This document shows, in pieces, positions 1-11,045 of a DNA stretch of 64,000 bases; positions within the stretch are counted from its first letter, which is position 1; each line of letters starts with the position of its first letter. Under the pieces are notes generated by a model. That model was not told the DNA's origin, searched no databases, and saw only the letters and a list, made by a program, of their open reading frames with translations. The stretch comes from Eledone cirrhosa (taxonomy: Eukaryota), in contig OZ024764.1 of the NCBI GenBank assembly GCA_964016885.1, positions 6,696,001 through 6,760,000 on the forward strand. Reading direction: 5' to 3'. Both the position numbers and the translations under genes were made by a program.

Positions 1-2028
1 GTGACTGTACAGGCAGTACACATGTCTGTCTATCTCTCCTTTGGTGACTGTACAGGCAGTACATATGTCTGTCTATACCTCCTTTGGTGACTGTACAGGC
101 AGTACACATGTCTGTCTATCTCTCCTTTGGTGACTGTAGAGGCAGTACATATGTCTGTCTACACCTCCTTTGGTGACTGTACAGGCAGTACATGTGTCTG
201 TCTACACCTCCTTTGGTGACTGTACAGGCAGTACACATGTCTGTCTATCTCTCCTTTGGTGACTGTACAGGCAGTACATATGTCTGTCTATACCTCCTTT
301 GGTGACTACAGGCAGTACATATGTCTGTCTATCTCTCCTTTGGTGACTGTAGAGGCAGTACATATGTCTGTCTGTACCTCCTTTGGTGACTGTACAGGCA
401 GTACATATGTCTGTCTACACCTCCTTTGGTGACTGTACAGGCAGTACACATGTCTGTCTATACCTCCTTTGGTGACTGTAGAGGCAGTACATATGTCTGT
501 CTATACCTCCTTTGGTGACTGTACAGGCAGTACACATGTCTGTCTATCTCTCCTTTGGTGACTGTACAGGCAGTACATATGTCTGTCTATACCTCCTTTG
601 GTGACTGTACAGGCAGTACACATGTCTGTCTATCTCTCCTTTGGTGACTGTACAGGCAGTACATATGTCTGTCTATACCTCCTTTGGTGACTGTACAGGC
701 AGTACACATGTCTGTCTATCTCTCCTTTGGTGACTGTAGAGGCAGTACATATGTCTGTCTACACCTCCTTTGGTGACTGTACAGGCAGTACATGTGTCTG
801 TCTACACCTCCTTTGGTGACTGTACAGGCAGTACACATGTCTGTCTATCTCTCCTTTGGTGACTGTACAGGCAGTACATATGTCTGTCTATACCTCCTTT
901 GGTGACTACAGGCAGTACTTATGTCTGTCTATCTCTCCTTTGGTGACTGTAGAGGCAGTACATATGTCTGTCTGTACCTCCTTTGGTGACTGTACAGGCA
1001 GTACATATGTCTGTCTACACCTCCTTTGGTGACTGTACAGGCAGTACACATGTCTGTCTATACCTCCTTTGGTGACTGTACAGGCAGTACATATGTCTGT
1101 CTATCTCTCCTTTGGTGACTGTACAGGCAGTACACATGTCTGTCTATCTCGCCTTTGTTGACTGTACAGGCAGTACACATGTCAGTCTATCTCTCCTTTG
1201 GTGACTGTACAGGCAGTACACATGTCTGTCTATCTCTCCTTTGGTGACTGTACAGGCAGTACACATGTCTGTCTATACCTCCTTTGGTGACTGTACAGGC
1301 AGTACACATGTCTGTCTATCTCACCTTTGGTGACTGTACAGGCAGTACACATGTCAGTCTATACCTCCTTTGGTGACTGTACAGGCAGTACACATGTCTG
1401 TCTATCTCTCCTTCGGTGACTGTACAGGCAGTACATATGTCTGTCTATCTCTCCTTTGGTGACTGTACAGGCAGTACACATGTCTGTCTATACCTCCTTT
1501 GGTGACTGTACAGGCAGTACACATGTCTGTCTATACCTCCTTTGGTGACTGTACAGGCAGTACACATGTCTGTCTATACCTCCTTTGGTGACTGTACAGG
1601 CAGTACACATGTCTGTCTATCTCACCTTTGGTGACTGTACAGGCAGTACACATGTCTGTCTACACCTCCTTTGGTGACTGTACAGGCAGTACACATGTCT
1701 GTCTATACCTCCTTTGGTGACTGTACAGGCAGTACACATGTCTGTCTATCTCACCTTTGGTGACTGTACAGGCAGTACACATGTCTGTCTACACCTCCTT
1801 TGGTGACTGTACAGGCAGTACACATGTCTGTCTATACCTCCTTTGGTGACTGTACAGGCAGTACACATGTCTGTCTATCTCACCTTTGGTGACTGTACAG
1901 GCAGTACACATGTCTGTCTACACCTCCTTTGGTGACTGTACAGGCAGTACATATGTCTGTCTATACCTCCTTTGGTGACTGTAGAGGCAGTACATATGTC
2001 TGTCTATACCTCCTTTGTTGACTGTACA
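1..2028. repeat. 43-bp tandem satellite (~47 units, truncated by window start) with higher-order repeats
   Basis: Unit GTGACTGTACAGGCAGTACA(C/T)ATGTCTGTCTAT(CT/AC)CTCCTTTG recurs every 43 bp. 601-~1080 recapitulates 1-~480, including the same 2-bp-deleted unit at ~301 and ~901. Confidence 0.97.
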
Positions 2029-2344
2029 TATTTCAGTGGAAGTATTGTGTGTCACACACCCCAGTCTCCTTCTCGAAGGTTCACTGCTCTGTCTGGCTTG
2101 TAAGATCTTCTCTGTGGCCAACGGGCCAAAGACATGGAGTGTATTTACATAAGGTCGCAAAAAAGCGGTTAAAAAGACATATCTCACCTGTATAACCTTC
2201 AAAGGTGTTTAAACCCTCTCGCTGGAGGGTAAACAAAGTGGTTTAAAGACATGTCTAACTTGCGGCTCTATCGTAAGATCTTGTCGTTATCAAAGGATCC
2301 TCAAATGTAGAACAGGGTCTCCATTGAACTTCGATAACCCTAGA

Positions 2345-2630
2345 GTGATCCTGGGAAGGCTATGATCCCTCATCCTAGAGACGTGCTCTGCCCAGCGTAT
2401 TTAGTTCAGCTTCGTGTTTAATCTTCCACACGTTATTACAGTCTACCAAATTCACTGCTCCCCTTTGCCAGTCTGTTGCTGATTTCTCTGTTGATCTTGG
2501 CACCCCAGGTAGTTGAAATAACGTCCCTGATATACAGTTCAGTCTCGCCAATGTTGATATAGGGACTCTTCTAGGGTGGTACACTTCCTGAGGTGCAGGC
2601 TGGTGGAATACTTCCATCTTCTTGAAACTT
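2345..2630 (-). mobile_element. Degenerate RTE-clade LINE fragment (post-RT region)
   Basis: Minus strand gives EVFHQPAPQE..., homologous to the better-preserved copies at 2860-3060 and 4740-5045. Confidence 0.7.
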
Positions 2631-2859
2631 ATAGTCCAGAGAGCAGCAAGACTCTTTCTCTGTGGTAAAAGAATGGGCCTGTCTTTTAACGTCCCTCATA
2701 TACAGTATATTATGACAGCTGTCTCTCTATACGGCAGCTGTTACATATAAGGATGGGCCTGATTTTAACGTCCCTCATATACAGTATATTGTGGTAGCTG
2801 ACCCTCTATACGGCTGCTGTTACATCTAATGTAAGGCGGAGTCTGTCTTACAGTGTAGT

Positions 2860-3060
2860 AAAGTCTACCAAATGCACTGCTCACCTTTGCCAGTCTGTTG
2901 CTGACTTTCCTGTCGATCTTGGCGCCCGATGTGATGGTGCACCCCAGGTAGGTGAAATGACAGACTGTTCTCAGTTCTGTCTCGCCAACGGTGATATGGA
3001 GAGGGTGGTACTCTTCCTGATGTGCAGGCTGGTGGAATACCTCCATCTTCTTACAGTCCA
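2860..3060 (-). mobile_element. RTE-clade LINE fragment
   Basis: EVFHQPAHQEEYHPLHITVGETELRTVCHFTYLGCTITSGAKIDRKVSNRLAKVSSAFGRL carries the FxYLG and RLAKxSSAFGRL motifs of RTE ORFs. Confidence 0.85.
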
Positions 3061-4327
3061 GAAGCTGGAGGTGATACACAGCAAGACTCTTTCTCTGTGA
3101 TAAAAGAATGGAGTTGTATTTTAACGTCCCTGATATACAGTGTATTGTGGTAGCTGTCACTTTCATACGGCAGCTATTACATCTAATGTAAGGATGGGTC
3201 TGTCTTTTATATAGTATATTATGGTAGCTGTCCCTCTATACAGCCCACTGATACATCTATGGGTGGGTCTCTCTTTTAACGTGCCTGATATACAGTAAAT
3301 TGTGCTAGCTGTCCCTCCATACGGCCCCTAATTACATCTGATATAATGTTGGGTCTGTCTCTAACTCCATACGGTCCACAGCTGCAGCTTATAAAAAGAT
3401 GGACCTTTCTTATAACGTCCCTGATATATAGTGGTAGCAGCCCCTCTGTACATCCCACAATTACATCTATGGATGGTCCTGTCTTTTAACGTCCCTTATA
3501 TACAGTATGTTGTAATAACTACCCCTCCATACGGGCTATAGTTATGTAGCAGCCCCTCTGTACATCCCACAATTACATCTATGGATGGGCCTGTCTTTTA
3601 ACGTCCCTTATATACAGTATGTTGTAATAACTACCCCTCCATACGGGCTATAGTTATATCTAAAGATGGGTATGTCTGTTAACGTCCCTTATACACAGGA
3701 TATTGTGGTAGCTGTCCCTCCATACGGTCTATAGTTATATCTAAAGATGGTCTGTCTTTTAACACCCCTCATATACAGTGTATTGTGGTAGACGTCCCTC
3801 TACACGGCAGCTGTTACATCTAAGTTTGGGTCTGTCTCTCGCTCCGTTTGGCCCACAGTTGCAGCTTATAAAAGGTTAGGCCTGTCTCTTAACATCCCAA
3901 GAACTGGGTTCATGTGTCAATGGCACACATTACCGTCCCCTCCACTTTGACCACACCCTTAAATCTGGAATCCATCGAGGTATGTATTGGTCACATATTG
4001 TGATAACTGTGCATCTATACGGCAGCTGTTACTTCTAAGGGTGTGTTTGTCTTTTAACGCCCCTTATATCCAGTATATTGTGGTAGCTGTCCCTCTAGAC
4101 GGCCCACAGTTGTAGCTTATAAAACGGTGAACCTGTCTTTTAACGTCCCTGATATACAGTAGAAGCAACCCCTCCGTACATCCCACAATTACATCTAATA
4201 TAAGGATGTGTCTGTCTTATAACGTCCCTGCAGCCAACAAGTTACATCTAATATAATGTTGGGTCTGAGACAGGGTCACTCGGCCCAACTTGCCTCTAAA
4301 TGAGACAAACGATTATATATATATATA

Positions 4328-4737
4328 GGCATGATTACGCCTTTAAGAAGATGCCTCACATTCATTCCCTTTCGGTGGACATATAGCCTTGGCCAGCAGG
4401 TGCTGATGTCACCCAGCCGTGTCCTACGTTCATTGGGACTTTTGACCCTCAACCGTATCACACTTCCGCTGGTGGGTCAGCAGTGGCCAAATTACTACCT
4501 ATTATCGCCAAGCTTGCAGCTTATCCCCCTTCTCCTGCTCCAAAGCCAACAGAAGGTCTTTTCTGCCAACTCCTTCATCCTGCGAACTACAGCCTTCTTC
4601 TCTCGTCCTGTCATTCCACTGAGCCAAGAATCTCCTGCAGCCCACCTCGACTGGAAATAGCCATACCTGCGAACCTTTCTCCTTACACTCCAGCACAGGT
4701 TCTTGATATTTGGTCCTCCTGTCACGAACGCCTATAG
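4328..4737 (-). mobile_element. 3' end of a HERO-type (restriction-like endonuclease) non-LTR retrotransposon
   Basis: Frameshifted ECKEKGSQVWLFPVEVGCRRF / GMTGREKKAVVRRMKELAEKTFCWLWSRR matches the PVEVGCRGF...AEKASxWLW C-terminus of RLE elements. A 3' UTR follows and ends at a TA run (~4315-4327). Confidence 0.85.
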
Positions 4738-4739
4738 AG

Positions 4740-5045
4740 AGTTGAGATTGATCCTGGGCAGGCGATGGTCCTTCATCCTAGCGACGTGCCCTGCCCAGCG
4801 TATTTAGGAGTTCAGCTTCGTGTTTAATCTTCCACACGTCAGTACAGTCTACCAAATGCACTGCTCACCTTTGCCAGTCTGTTGCTGACTTCCCTGTCGA
4901 TCTTGGCACCCGATGTGATGGTGCACCCCAGGTAGGTGAAATGACGGACTGTTCTCAGTTCTGTCTCGCCAATCGTGATATGGGAATGGTGGTACTCTTC
5001 CTGAGGTGCAGGCTGGTGGAATACCTCCATCTTCTTACAGTCCAG
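4740..5045 (-). mobile_element. RTE-clade LINE fragment (duplicate of the 2345-3060 fragments)
   Basis: ORF 4839-5030: HFTYLGCTITSGAKIDREVSNRLAKVSSAFGRLY. Confidence 0.85.
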
Positions 5046-6490
5046 AGGCTGGAGGTGGTGCGCAGCAAGACTCTTTAACGTCCCTGATATACAGTGTATT
5101 GTGGTAGCTGTCGCTTTTCATACGGCAGCTGTTACATCTAATGTAAGGTTGTGTCTGTCTTTTAACGTCTCTTATATACAGTATATTGTAATAGCTACCC
5201 CTCCATACGGTCTATAGTTATAACTTTAGATGGGTCTGTCTTTTAACACCTGATATACAGTATATTGTGGTAGCTGTCCCTTCTAATATAAGGGTGTGTT
5301 TGTCTTTTAACGTCCCAGATATAGAGTATATTGCGGTAGCTGTCCCTCCATACATCAGCCGTTACATCTAATATAAGGTCTGTTTGTCTCTCTCTTTTAA
5401 TGTCCCTCATATACAGCATATTGTGGTAGCTGGCTCCTCTCTACATCCCACAGTTACATCTATGGGTGGGTCTCTCTTTTAATGTCCGTGTTAGCTGTTG
5501 GCCCACAGTTACATGTAATATAACAATGGGTCTGTATTTTAATGCCCCTCATATACAGTATATTGTGGTAGCTGTCCCTCCATACGGCGGCTTATAAAAG
5601 GTTAGGCCTATCTCTTACATCCCAAGAACTGGGGTCATCTGTCAATGGTACACTTTACCCCTCTCCTGTGGCAACACCCATAAACCCGGAGTCCATCAAG
5701 GTACGTATTAAGTCACATTTGTATCTATATTTTTAATTATTCGTTGTTAAAATATATGTAAACGGAATAAATGGAAGTAATTCAGGTGTGAATATATTTT
5801 TCATTAGAAAATTGTTAATGTGTTGCTGGTGCTATATGTGTTGTTACGGGGTGTAGTTATGGTTGTCAATCGAAAACTGATGTTTATTGTCTTATGGATC
5901 GTTGGGTGACTGTACATATGTCAGTTCCTGCCTCCTTTGGTTACTGTACAGTGTTGTGTATAGCACACTTCAGTCTCCTTCCAGGACTGAGAACACCCAA
6001 GTTAAATTTCCTCCCTCTCTCGAAGGCTCAATGTCCTCTCTGGCTTGTAAGATCTTCTCTGTGGTTAACGCTCGCTTAGGGGGCCAAAGGCATGTAGTGT
6101 ATGTACATAAGGTCGCCAAAAAGGCGGTTAAAAGACATGTCTAACCTGTATAATCTTCTATGGTTATCGCTCGAATGTAAATAAAGCTGGCTACCCTCTC
6201 ACGTCTAACTTGCGTCTCTATCGCAATATCTTGTAGACATTAAAGGGTCCTGAATTGTAGAAAGGGTCACTATCGAACTTCGATAAACCCCCATAATTAA
6301 ACTCCCTAAACAATCCGTTGGCAGACATCGAAAACCCCGTCTTCGTAGCACCACCAATGCATTAATAATTGTCTTATGAAAAAAATATTTGAATCCAGAA
6401 TTACTTCCCTTTGTTCCGTTTGCATATATTAATTTTTTTTTGATCAAAATTTTTCCAAAGTAGCCATAAGTACCACTATTTAACTCAGTA

Positions 6491-6652
6491 GAATTGCGGC
6501 CTTCGCGGTGGCGTGCGATCTGCGTCTCAGACTACCAGTCCCCCTGGCTGGCGTTCGATTCGTAGTGGCGTACGACTGCATCGGCCTGGGACTATTCGGG
6601 GCCGGCACATAGATGCAAGGCCCGTCCCTGACCACCGTGAAGAATTCTTTTT
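6491..6652 (+). ncRNA. Candidate tRNA-derived, Pol III-type structured small RNA (~160 nt)
   Basis: A-box-like TGGCG at 6509 and B-box GTTCGATTC at 6553-6561, at tRNA spacing. Terminal stem CTTCGCGGTGG (6501-6511) / CCACCGTGAAG (6632-6642) plus GAATT/AATTC. Several internal hairpins; TTTTT at 6648-6652. GC/CpG-rich island in AT-rich flanks. Confidence 0.55.
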
Positions 6653-6661
6653 CAAATTTCA

Positions 6662-6870
6662 TCTAATATGCAAATGAGCTTGAAGTTCATTTACATATTA
6701 GAAGAATTGTATTAAAAAGAATCTTAATTAGACTCTTAAAGCTGTATTTACATATTAGAAGCTCATTTGCATATTAGAAGAAATTTTTTTTTAGAAATAT
6801 ATTAGAGAATCTTAATTACATTTTTGAAGTTTCATCTACATATTAGAAGGCTCATTTGCATACTAGAAGA
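6662..6870. promoter_or_regulatory. Cluster of octamer (ATGCAAAT/ATTTGCAT) and near-octamer motifs
   Basis: Perfect octamers at 6668-6675, 6765-6772 and 6854-6861; ATTTACAT variants at 6689 and 6746. All lie in a repeated CATTT(G/A)CATATTAGAAG unit. 6662-6679 and 6761-6778 form a perfect 18-bp inverted repeat. Confidence 0.55.
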
Positions 6871-6884
6871 ACCTTGGAGGTTAA

Positions 6885-7660
6885 TTACATTCTTGGAAGA
6901 CAGTTGGATTTGAACTTTCTTAACTTAGTTTCTATATAGAGAGACTTAGATTCTTGGAACCCACAATTTCACTTACATTCTTGGAAGACAGTTGGATTCG
7001 AACCTTCTTAAATTAGATTCTTAAAACCCACAATCTCACTTACATTCTTGGAAGACAGTTGGATTCGAACCTTCAACTTAGTTTCTATATAGAGACTTAG
7101 ATCCCACAATCTCACTTACATTCTTAGAAGACAGTTGGATTCGAACCTTCAACTTAGTTTCTATATAAAGAGACTGTTTAGATTCTTAGAACCCACAATT
7201 TCACTTACATTCTTGGAAGACAGTTGGATTCGAACCTTCAACTTAGTTTCTATATAAAGAGACTGTTTAGATTCTTAGAACCCACAATTTCACTTACATT
7301 CTTGGAAGACAGTTGGATTCGAACCTGAGATACTTCATTTACATTCTTGATACTTAGAACCCTTGGTGGTTACTACATTCTTAGACGACTGTTGGATTCG
7401 AACCTGAGATACTTTCTTTACATACTTGAAGGTTCTTATTACATTTTTGATACTTATCACCCTTGATGGTAAATACGTTCTTAGACGACTGTTGGATTCG
7501 AACCCTCAATGATACTTTCTACATTGTTAACATTCTTTATTGATACTTACTCTTCATTCCCTTGGTACTTACTTTTCTTTCCTTAGATTCGAACCATTGA
7601 AGACACCGTCTACATTGTTCATTGGACAACTATTTTTGGAGCGACTGCTGGATTCGAAAC
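6885..7660 (-). repeat. Tandem ~70-100-bp repeat carrying Pol III B-boxes and TTCNNNGAA sites
   Basis: GGATTCGAACC (reverse complement of B-box GGTTCGAATCC) at 6994, 7061, 7137, 7226, 7315, 7394 and 7494, with variants at 6906, 7585 and 7650. TTCTT(G/A)GAA at 6890, 6951, 6978, 7045, 7121, 7183, 7210, 7272 and 7299. Confidence 0.85.
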
Positions 7661-10467
7661 CTTGATGAGGCTGTTTAAAATATATTTTACCTTCATACCA
7701 GGAATAAATAAACAACACAATAAAGTATATGATACAATTGTTTTATTACAAACTTATTTCATTCTACAGAACACTTGTTGGCTGGACATCTGTAAAGAAG
7801 GAACACAAGAGAAGAAATAAACAATATTTCTCGTGTATTTAAATACGTTTTTGTCAATAAAAACACATTGAATTCTATTTTACGAAGTTGTTATTTATTA
7901 TTGATGTTCATAATTAATTGAAACAACAATAAAAGCTATTTATATGTATGTGTAACGTACACATATCATTGTTTTAACGGGATATCGTTTATGTCTAACG
8001 AGGATCAAGACAAGGACTATTCGGGGCCGGCCCAGACGACAGTGGAGCAAATCGTACAATGAAGAGCAACAAACCTGGATTCAACAGCAATGAACTTATA
8101 GATGGGCTGGCCTCGTCTCCTCAGAGACAATAGGTAAACTATTAGAGTGGACACCAACGTACTGGAGGTATTACCAACAAGTACAGATGGCCCAGTGTCT
8201 GACAAAATAATCAACACTGTTCTTGGACTATTAAGACTAAAACAAAACCTTAAAATGATTGCTTACGAAGGGAAAATTGGTTAGGACGCCAGTCTATGGC
8301 AGGGTTAAACCCCAAGATACTGCTGGTACTCAGACTCAGCTAAGTATAATGAAGTGTTTTTCTCAAGAACATAACACGATCCAGGAATGGAACCATCACA
8401 TTATGATCGTAAGTCCAACAGTCACCACTATGGGAAGAAATAAGGAAGTTTCACATCATACACTGTTGTGTATAGAATTAAATGTACGACATTACAAGAC
8501 GGAATATAAGATTTCCACCATCGACAAAGTCAAATGGGAGAAAGAGAGTTTAAAACATAGATGGTGAACAGCTGGACTTATTGTGTGTACCTCAGAGAGA
8601 TTGCAAGAGGTGGTAGCGTTTGGAAAGTCCCCCAAATCAACAGTCGAAACTACCATGTTCGATTGCTGTTGGGGAGAAAGAGTCGACAGAAGGATTTGAT
8701 AAAGACAAAGGAACTACCCCCAGGAAGAAGTAGGAACAATTTTTAAACTACACTACTTATTAATAAAAAATATGAATTAAATTTGTTTATATTCACAATG
8801 TATTGAAACAGGTGAGTGTGTATCTCATTAAGATTACGTTAAGAAGAGAAGAACTAGGCAGGTGTAGATAGTAGATCATACGAAGGAGACTAAGAGGGAA
8901 AGATTTACAAAAATATCTCAACAAAATATAAAAATCTACGTTACCTTTCAGAAAGCTGCTATTGTCCATTGCTAAACCATTTAGCGAGAGTTTGTAAAGC
9001 TTGTAACATTCTACAAACTGACGGCCATTTTTTTTCTTGATTTGGATGGAGTTGAATGCGCAAGCGCGATTCACAAACCCAGTACGCATGTTCCAAGTAT
9101 CTTGGCCATGCTACAGCACCATCTAAACAACCTGGCCATGTTACAGACAGCACTAGAAGTTAATCTATAATTATGAACAAACGTAATTCTCAGGGAGATT
9201 CAGCGTTATAAGACTGGCCATTTGAATTACAGCTGACAGACTTCTATAGTTTCTGTCAACCCAGTTTCACATGGGTGTGATCGAACCTGGGGCTTAATGA
9301 TGGCGAAATAAACTCACAAGTTAGTCGATATCGATCTTTACAAACACTGATCGGAAAACTGAAATGAGTTTACAACTGTTTTAGTTTTTACGACCAGTAT
9401 AATTCAGCTGAACATGAGTACCAGTAATAGGTGAGGGATTTAACTGGTGGCCTGTCCAGGGAGGAGTCTTGTACTCTCATTCGCTTTACGGGATAATATT
9501 TTAGCAGTGCTGAAGAATTGAATCAACAATTTACGGTCTTTGATCTCAATCTTGAAAGAAACATTTAAATCCACCGAAATATTTGCTAAAGACAACAGGG
9601 AAGAGTTTGAAAACAAAATACACTAAATATATTTCCTGTGAATAAAAAAGAAACATGTAGAAATTTATTATTAAATCTCTACATTTTATTGTTTATTTTC
9701 AACATTAATTTTGTGAATAAAAAAACAAACACATAGCTTTTTCATTTTTTATTAAAATAACAATAGTGCTTAAATAAATATATTCTACATGTCACCACCA
9801 TAGATGAAACTTAAGGGTCAGTCTGGTTCCGGAGCTACGGTGGATGGCAAGGGAGACATACTGAAACAGCCACTGTACCTCACGGGGCTCACTTGTGGGT
9901 AGCTAACTCCCCTCCGTTAACCGTGTGTGGGGATATAGTCGGGCGGGGAGCAAGAACACTGGATGTCTCCACTCCCAATCACAAACATATCAAAAGTGGT
10001 CGATACTTTCAGTTTGCCCTCTTGGCTGGTCACTTGAGAAAATGTCATAATTTATGACATCGTCACCTTACGGAGTGGGAAGGCTGTCATGCCGTTAATC
10101 GATATCGATCTGTTAACACTCATCAATACTTCAGCTATGATTACGAGAATGAGACATAGAGGAGAGAGAAAGTTCTTTAAAAAGTAGGTTTTCCTGTCAT
10201 ACATTTAATTCTATACACAACAGTGTATGACTGTACCTGTAATTAAGGGAGAGGGTTGGTAGAAATATCGGCCTACAATCTCATGAAATATCTCTGAGTA
10301 ACTGGGTGGAACAGGACCAAAGTACTAAAGACTATAGCAGAGGAGGTGGAGAGGAGTTCCAGCTGGATCTGGTAGAGGAAGAACAAAGGTGATCTCCATC
10401 CAGATTAAGTGACCCACACACAACAGGCTAACGATAGCCAGGTGGTTTTATTATTAAATTCCTTCAC

Positions 10468-10705
10468 GGAGGTGGATTGGCAGTATCGGTAGAGCGTCGG
10501 ACATGTTTCACGGGACAGAGTTACGGTCTGAGTTCAAATCTCGTCGAGGTTAGCTTTGCCTTTCACTCTTACGCGGTCGATAAACAAAGTACCAGTAATG
10601 TACTGGAGTCGATAAATAAAGTACCAGTAATGTAATGGGGGGTTTATTTAATCGACTTCCCCCACACCCCAATTTATTAGCCTTGTGTCTAAAGTAGAAA
10701 TAATT
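10468..10705 (+). mobile_element. tRNA-derived SINE (paralogues at ~14215, 22200, 29070, 33465, 41870, 49060; partial at 54075)
   Basis: A-box TGGCAGTATCGG, B-box GAGTTCAAATC, body GCTTTGCCTTTCA...GTCGATAAATAAAGTACCAGT...TACTGG, as in cephalopod tRNA-SINEs. Confidence 0.8.
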
Positions 10706-10839
10706 ATTAAATTCCTTCAAAATTTTCATTATTTTCCAATATTTAGACCCATGGGCTGTGTATTCCAGTAGACATACGGTACCCCGAGGGTCGTGTCTGA
10801 GAAACATAAAAGGCTGTTCAAATGGTTGATATCTAAAGT

Positions 10840-11045
10840 CTGTCCCCAGCTCGGAGGCTCATCACGCCGGTCCTTACCCATGGCATGAAACATCTAAGAA
10901 TACAAGACCACCCCCTGGACAGGGCGCCAGTCCATCGCAAGGTTAACTCCCCCAGCTACAGCTGAGTAAACTGGAGCAACGTGAAATAAAATGTTTTCTC
11001 AAGAAGACCACGCAGTCCAGGAATGGATCCCACCTACCTCTAATG
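10840..11045 (-). mobile_element. SINE with V/Meta-like central domain (paralogues at ~14635, 22815, 29445, 33840, 42315, 49460, 54335)
   Basis: Minus strand TGCGATGGACTGGCGCCCTGTCCAGGGGG...TTCATGCCATGGGTAAGGACCGGCGTGATGAG, preceded by a degenerate tRNA-like head. Confidence 0.65.

Larger units (their letters stand above)
2680..5600. repeat. Old degenerate ~70-85-bp tandem repeat interrupted by LINE fragments
   Basis: Recurring GTCTTTTAACGTCCCT(G/C/T)ATATACAGTATATTGTGGTAGCTGTCCCTC(T/C)ATACGGCAGCTGTTACATCTAA in 2680-4260 and 5075-5600. Confidence 0.85.

Noticed and set aside
6499-6560. 7SL/SRP RNA (CGCGGTGGCGTGCG...CTAC resembles the Alu domain)
   Set aside because: There is no S domain, the length is too short, and the same bases pair better in the terminal stem. 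The similarity may reflect the A-box; an SRP covariance-model search would settle it.
6502-6574. Canonical tRNA gene
   Set aside because: Only 5/7 acceptor and 2/5 anticodon pairs form and the D-loop GG is missing; kept as a tRNA-derived RNA candidate.
8100-9800. Decayed viral gene downstream of the motif array
   Set aside because: The recognisable parts are an RTE C-terminal scrap (AGHV..LEWTPR, clearer at ~29830-29920) and SINE pieces; I could not identify any viral protein motif.
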